Below the pieces are notes generated by a model. It worked only from the letters and a program-made list of their open reading frames with translations. It did not search any database and was not told where the DNA came from. The position numbers and the translations under genes were made by a program. From an uncultured Verrucomicrobiae bacterium (lineage in GTDB: Bacteria; Verrucomicrobiota; Verrucomicrobiia; Chthoniobacterales; UBA10450): a DNA stretch of 64,000 nt. Shown here piece after piece: positions 59,454 to 64,000 of the stretch (positions are counted from its first letter, which is position 1; each line of letters opens with the position of its first letter). The stretch lies in assembly GCA_963726745.1 (NCBI GenBank), contig CAVSDR010000003.1, positions 192,001-256,000 on the forward strand, written 5' to 3'.

Positions 59454-59693
59454 CTAGGGCTTGATCTGGTGCTCGCTCAGGAACTTCTCCAACTGATCGG
59501 TGTCGAAATTCGCCAGCACATGATCGCCCGCGACCAGCGTAGGCACGTAGGTCTGCTCGGAAAGCTCCACCATTTCCTTATACGCCTCGCGATCTTCGCC
59601 CACGTCGATCTCGTCAAACTGGAAGCCGCGCTCGGAGAGGAATTCCTTCGCGTCGATGCACCAGGAACACCATTCACGACTGTAGAGTTTCAT
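59454..59693 (-). CDS. Glutaredoxin/NrdH-like redoxin
   Basis: LYSREWCSWC, SEQTYVPTL. Confidence 0.85.
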   Translation of the reverse strand: MKLYSREWCSWCIDAKEFLSERGFQFDEIDVGEDREAYKEMVELSEQTYVPTLVAGDHVLANFDTDQLEKFLSEHQIKP

Positions 59694-59765
59694 TGCGGTA
59701 GCCACGGCGGGAATAAACGCGCCGCGCCGGAAGGCGTCAACCTGCGAGGCGCGCCGCGCCTGCGC

Positions 59766-62534
59766 CTAACGAGCGAAATTCCCGGTCCGCTGGCGCACGT
59801 TCAGGACGTCGCCGGCGTTAATCACGCCGTCGCCGTTAATGTCGGCCCGGAAAGTCTGCGCGCTCGCCGCTTCGCCCGACCACTGGCGGCTGCGGAGAGT
59901 GTCGCCGGCGTTGACCACGCCATCGCCGGTGACGTCACCGACGAGGATCACCACCTGCAGGAAGACGTCGTCGGTACACCGGCCGTCGTTCACGCCATGC
60001 AGGACGAGCTGCAGGCGTTGTTGGTCGGCCACGCCGGAAAGGCCGATCACGAGGGTGTCGCTGCCGCTTCCGGTCTGCGTCCGAATTTGTCCGTTGCTAC
60101 CCTCGAGCGTGGTGCCGCTGTAGCTGACCGGCGCGGGGAAGCGCACTATGAGATCGTAGTCTCCCGCGCTCCCGCCGTTCCGCGGCTCCACCCCCGGCAC
60201 ACCCCCGAGCGGCAAGGCGACCGAGAAAATGCCGGCTGCGCCGTGATTCCGCTGGGAAAGAAACTGGCTGGGCACGATTTGGCGGAGACGCGCAGCGCCG
60301 AGGCGCGATTGCCCGTCGATGCGGGTAAAGAGACCGCCCAGCCAGATGCTCCCGTCGTTAGCCGGCAAGATCACATGCACCGTGCTGTTGGCGGTGACCT
60401 GGAATGTCGGATCAACCGTGCCATCGTTCTGCAGACGGGCGAGGCGTTGCCGCGGCACTCCGCCGATGCTGGTGAACTCGCCGCCCACGAGAATTCGCCC
60501 GTCGGCCTGCAACGCCAGCGCTTCGATGAAATCATTCACCGGCACCGCGAAGCCGTCGGCTGTTCCATCGGGATTCACGCGCAGGAGCGAGCCGAACCTC
60601 CCGCCGAAAATCACTTTTCCATCCGGCTGCACCTCGAGTTCCGAGACGCCGTTCGACGGCGTGACCGGCCGGAAGCTGGGGTCCGGCAGGCCGCTCGCAC
60701 TGACGCGCGCGAGGTAGTGATAAGAGGCGTCACCGTTGACGTTGGTAAAGTCGCCGCCGAGCACCACCTGACCATCGGGCTGCAGGGCGATGTCGTTCAC
60801 GAAGTAGACCCCACCGCGTGCGGCCACGATCTGGAAAGTGGAATCGAGCTGCCCATCCGGCAGCAGGCGCACCAACCCGGAAAGCACCGGTGAAGTCGCA
60901 CTGCCGGTGATCAATTTCCCGGCCACCAGGATGCGACCGTCCGGTTGCAACAGAATCTTGCGAATGACCGTGCGTTGCTGAATCGAGGAAGAGAAAGAAA
61001 CAAACGGCGACATGAAGGTGAAGTCGACCGTGCCGTCAGGATGCAACCGTTGCAGGAGGATGCTTGCACCCCCGTTGGCCGCGAGAACTTTTCCATCGCC
61101 CTGCACGGCCAGGCTGTAGACCGGGCCAAGATTCCGGCGCGGGTCAAAGGTCGGGTCGAGCGCGCCGCTACCGGAATAACGCGCGGCTCCCCGGCGAGCC
61201 GCCTGCTCAGCGTAGAAAAAATCGCCGCCGAGCACAACCTTCCCGTCTGGCTGAAGCGCGATGTCCTCCACAATGCCCTGGCGCGTGACGTTGAAGGTGC
61301 CACGCACGCTTTCGTCGATCGTCCCATCGGTGCGCACGAGCGCGAGATTTTCGTAGAAGTTGGTCCCGTCGGGCAGATTGATCACCGAAAAGGATCCGCC
61401 AAGGACCGCGCTTTCATCGGGCAGCAGAGTCACCGCGAGCACCAGGCCGGCCAGCTGACGGTCGATGTTGAAGCTGGGATCGCGCGCGCCACTGTTCGTT
61501 AGGCGGACCACCCGAAACTGCGTCACGCTTCCGTCGTAAAGGTAGAAGTCGCCGCCGACGGTGATCCGCCCGGCGGCATCGAGCGCGAAGTCGTAGACCG
61601 TGCCGTTGAGGATCTCTCCGCCATGGAAAGCCGGGTCGATCGTTCCATCCGGCAGCAAGCGCGCGAGCGGCCCGACCAGGCGACCGGCGATCTGGGTGAA
61701 CGCCCCACCCAGCAGGATCTTGCCGTCCGGCTGCAAGACGAGCTCCTCGATTCCGAAATTTAGTTCCGCAAGGATGGCCTCGAGCGCGCCGTTAGCCGAA
61801 TAGCGGCGCAGCTGGGGCGGAGTGATGGTGCCCAGGCTGGTGCCGACGAGGATGCGACCATCTGGTTGCAGCGCGAGGGTGTCGCTCGACTCGGAGGCGT
61901 TCCCGGTGAAACTGAAATCCACGCTCCCATCCGGCTGCAGGCGCGCGAGATTTTTCGCGATGTAGGCGCTGCCGGTCGATGGATTGGTCGCGGAGAGCGT
62001 GAAGGTGCCCCCGACGATGATCTTGCCGTCTGTTTGCAGGACGATCCCGCCAACGCGGCCGTCAATCGTGGGCGACTGGTTCTGCAGGAAAGCGGGATCG
62101 CGCGAGCCGTCGGCATTCAAGCGCTCCAGCGCGACGACCTGGCCGGTCTCGTCGCGCCGATAACGGCCGCCGACGAGAATTTTGCCATCCGGTTGCACTT
62201 GAAGCGCACGGACCGTCCCGCCAGTGCTCAGGATCGAAACGCCCACTTCGCCGACGCTGATGTCGCCGGCGTCAAAGGAAGGATCGATGGTTTTGTCCGG
62301 GAGGAAACGCGCCACGCCGCTGCGCGCCAGTCCGCCGGCGGTGAGGAAATTTCCACCCGCGAGGATTTTTCCGTCGGTCTGCAAGGCGGTCACATAGACG
62401 GTCGCGTTGCCCGCGGTGCTCGAGGAAAACTGCCGCAGCGTCGGCTTGAATTCCGGGTCCACCTCCGTGGCCGGGAGCGGCCGGGAGAACAACGACAAGC
62501 CGAACAGGACGCAACCAAGCAACCGCCAATGCAT
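59766..62534 (-). CDS. Secreted delta-60 repeat (beta-propeller-like) protein with C-terminal dockerin-like domain
   Basis: More than ten LQPDGKILVGG / RLxxDGxxDxxF repeats; C-terminal GDVTGDGVVNAGD and DINGDGVINAGD. Confidence 0.88.
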   Translation of the reverse strand: MHWRLLGCVLFGLSLFSRPLPATEVDPEFKPTLRQFSSSTAGNATVYVTALQTDGKILAGGNFLTAGGLARSGVARFLPDKTIDPSFDAGDISVGEVGVSILSTGGTVRALQVQPDGKILVGGRYRRDETGQVVALERLNADGSRDPAFLQNQSPTIDGRVGGIVLQTDGKIIVGGTFTLSATNPSTGSAYIAKNLARLQPDGSVDFSFTGNASESSDTLALQPDGRILVGTSLGTITPPQLRRYSANGALEAILAELNFGIEELVLQPDGKILLGGAFTQIAGRLVGPLARLLPDGTIDPAFHGGEILNGTVYDFALDAAGRITVGGDFYLYDGSVTQFRVVRLTNSGARDPSFNIDRQLAGLVLAVTLLPDESAVLGGSFSVINLPDGTNFYENLALVRTDGTIDESVRGTFNVTRQGIVEDIALQPDGKVVLGGDFFYAEQAARRGAARYSGSGALDPTFDPRRNLGPVYSLAVQGDGKVLAANGGASILLQRLHPDGTVDFTFMSPFVSFSSSIQQRTVIRKILLQPDGRILVAGKLITGSATSPVLSGLVRLLPDGQLDSTFQIVAARGGVYFVNDIALQPDGQVVLGGDFTNVNGDASYHYLARVSASGLPDPSFRPVTPSNGVSELEVQPDGKVIFGGRFGSLLRVNPDGTADGFAVPVNDFIEALALQADGRILVGGEFTSIGGVPRQRLARLQNDGTVDPTFQVTANSTVHVILPANDGSIWLGGLFTRIDGQSRLGAARLRQIVPSQFLSQRNHGAAGIFSVALPLGGVPGVEPRNGGSAGDYDLIVRFPAPVSYSGTTLEGSNGQIRTQTGSGSDTLVIGLSGVADQQRLQLVLHGVNDGRCTDDVFLQVVILVGDVTGDGVVNAGDTLRSRQWSGEAASAQTFRADINGDGVINAGDVLNVRQRTGNFAR

Positions 62535-62570
62535 GGGAAAAGACTTGGACGCGTCCGACAGCCGCGCGAG

Positions 62571-62609
62571 CTAATCCTTCGAGGATTAGGTAACTTTTTT
62601 GTTACCTAA
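62571..62609. promoter_or_regulatory. Two overlapping inverted repeats between proS and the delta-60 gene
   Basis: CTAATCCT-TCG-AGGATTAG (62571-62589) overlaps TTAGGTAAC-TTTTTT-GTTACCTAA (62586-62609). Confidence 0.55.
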
Positions 62610-62621
62610 CCAGCGAAATCA

Positions 62622-64000
62622 TTAGTAGCTCTTCGCCCAGACCACGCGCTGCTTGCTCGGCTCGCCGGTAAAAATGCAGGTGCCGGCTTCGCCGCTTTCG
62701 AAAGGGATGCAGCGGATGGTGACTTTGAGGTCGGCTTTGATCTGCTCCTCGACCGCGCGGCTGCCGTTCCAATGGGCCAGGGCGAAGCCGCCGTGGATCT
62801 CCGGTTTGCCGGCATTCTTCGGAGTGAAGAAGGCGTAGAACTCCTCCTTGGAATTGATCTCGCGCGTGTGCGCTTCGCGAAAATCGAGCGCGCGTTGCAA
62901 CAAGGTTTGCTGGATCGAATCAAGCATCCCAGCGGCTTGCGCGACGAAGTCAGCACTGGCGACGAACTCCTTGGCCTTCACGCCCTGGTCGCGGCGGCTG
63001 ACGGCCACCTTGCCCGACTCGAGATCGCGCGGCCCAAGCTCCACGCGGATGGGCACGCCTTTCTTGATCCATTCCCAGCTCTTCACTCCGCCACCGAGAT
63101 CGCGGGTGTCGACGTCCACTTCGATCGGCGCCCCGGCATAAGTTTGCGCGCGCAAATCGCTGGCTAATTTCTGCGCCGCTTCCAACACCGCGGCGCGCGT
63201 CTCTTCCTTCGGCGTGATCGGGAGGATGACGATATGCGTGGGCGCGATGCGCGGCGGGAGAACAAGGCCATCGTCATCCGCGTGGGCCATGATCAAGGTG
63301 CCGATCATGCGCGTGCTCATGCCCCAGCTCGTCGTCCAGCCGAACTCCTGCTTGCCATCGCGTGTCTGGAATTGAATGCCGCTGGCCTTCGAGAAATTTT
63401 GCCCGAGGAAATGCGACGTGCCGGCCTGGATGGCTTTGCGGTCCTGGACCATCGCCTCGATGCAAAGCGTCTGATCGGCGCCGGGAAAGCGCTCGCTTTC
63501 CGACTTCTCGCCGGTGAAGACAGGGACGGCCACGTGGTCGCGCACGAACTTCTCGTAGACGTCGAGCATGCGTTTAGTTTCCTCGCGCGCTTCGGCTTCG
63601 GTTTCGTGCACCGTGTGGCCTTCCTGCCAGAGAAATTCAGTCGTGCGCAGGAAGATTCGCGGCCGCATTTCCCAGCGGACGACGTTGGCCCATTGGTTGA
63701 TCAAAATCGGCAGGTCGCGATAGCTTTGAACCCACTTGGCATAGCTCGCGCCGATGATCGTCTCGGAAGTCGGCCGGACGACCAGTGGCTCGCTCAGCGG
63801 GCTCGCAGGCACGAGCTTGCCCTCGGCATTCGCTTCCAGCCGGCTGTGCGTGACGACGGCGCATTCCTTGGCGAAGCCCTCCACGTGCGCGGCTTCTTTT
63901 TCGAGATAACTCAGCGGGATGAAGAGCGGGAAGTAGGCGTTCCGATGGCCGGTGGCCTTGAACATGGCGTCGAGCTGGCGCTGCATGTTTTCCCAGATGC
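62622..64000 (-). CDS. proS: Proline--tRNA ligase, archaeal/eukaryotic-like type (5' end outside the window)
   Basis: RPTSET, QWANVVRWE, FLRTTEFLWQEGHT, QAGTSHFLGQNF, SWGMSTR, C-terminal TIRCIP...AKSY. Confidence 0.96.
   Translation of the reverse strand, partial: IWENMQRQLDAMFKATGHRNAYFPLFIPLSYLEKEAAHVEGFAKECAVVTHSRLEANAEGKLVPASPLSEPLVVRPTSETIIGASYAKWVQSYRDLPILINQWANVVRWEMRPRIFLRTTEFLWQEGHTVHETEAEAREETKRMLDVYEKFVRDHVAVPVFTGEKSESERFPGADQTLCIEAMVQDRKAIQAGTSHFLGQNFSKASGIQFQTRDGKQEFGWTTSWGMSTRMIGTLIMAHADDDGLVLPPRIAPTHIVILPITPKEETRAAVLEAAQKLASDLRAQTYAGAPIEVDVDTRDLGGGVKSWEWIKKGVPIRVELGPRDLESGKVAVSRRDQGVKAKEFVASADFVAQAAGMLDSIQQTLLQRALDFREAHTREINSKEEFYAFFTPKNAGKPEIHGGFALAHWNGSRAVEEQIKADLKVTIRCIPFESGEAGTCIFTGEPSKQRVVWAKSY

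Larger units (their letters stand above)
881..61503. repeat. Dispersed, highly iterated DNA word GNCTAACGAG (reverse complement CTCGTTAGNC)
   Basis: 29 exact CTAACGAG/CTCGTTAG copies counted by hand plus 13 one-mismatch variants, on both strands; positions listed in findings. Confidence 0.9.

Noticed and set aside
881..61503. Iterated word interpreted as a CRISPR repeat, KOPS/Chi site or IS end
   Set aside because: It is too short and irregularly spaced for CRISPR, is split 16:13 between strands (KOPS and Chi are polarised), and has no transposase or target duplications.
1..64000. Frequent CGATCG/GCGATCGC (HIP1-like) words
   Set aside because: Readily explained by GCG-ATC-G (Ala-Ile) codon usage at this GC content; I could not show an excess by hand.

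Overview
A 64 kb, GC-rich (roughly 65% by eye), gene-dense core-chromosome segment, most likely from Verrucomicrobiota (Spartobacteria/Chthoniobacterales-like). The lineage call rests on the PVC signature small basic protein, a stand-alone SWIB protein, a DsbH-like thioredoxin, a PEP-CTERM protein and RLANISTR-type C-terminal domains. Housekeeping genes: rnhB end, yraN, tRNA-Arg(CCG), trxA, ftsK-rodZ-rimO, aroA-cmk-plsC, nadB/panC, rsmI, rplU-rpmA-adk-fmt, pyrH-frr, proS. Other content: envelope genes (double GT2, LpxL-WaaF fusion, ArnT-like), a ybbAP/tesA locus followed by an SDR and a sphingolipid Delta4-desaturase-like gene, a DsbD/redoxin pair, two matrixin-type metalloproteases flanking a stand-alone secreted domain, and putA. 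No mobile element or CRISPR array was seen. At least six genes (possibly seven) carry 1-2 nt indels, most likely assembly errors. The most striking unexplained signal is a non-palindromic DNA word, GNCTAACGAG. I found 29 exact copies of the 8-mer CTAACGAG by hand plus 13 one-mismatch variants. It is spread through the whole window on both strands and in several reading frames, is encoded with rare codons, and often forms stop codons. It behaves like a DNA-uptake-sequence or HIP1-like genome-wide signal; a sister word GGCTAATT shares the GNCTAA core.
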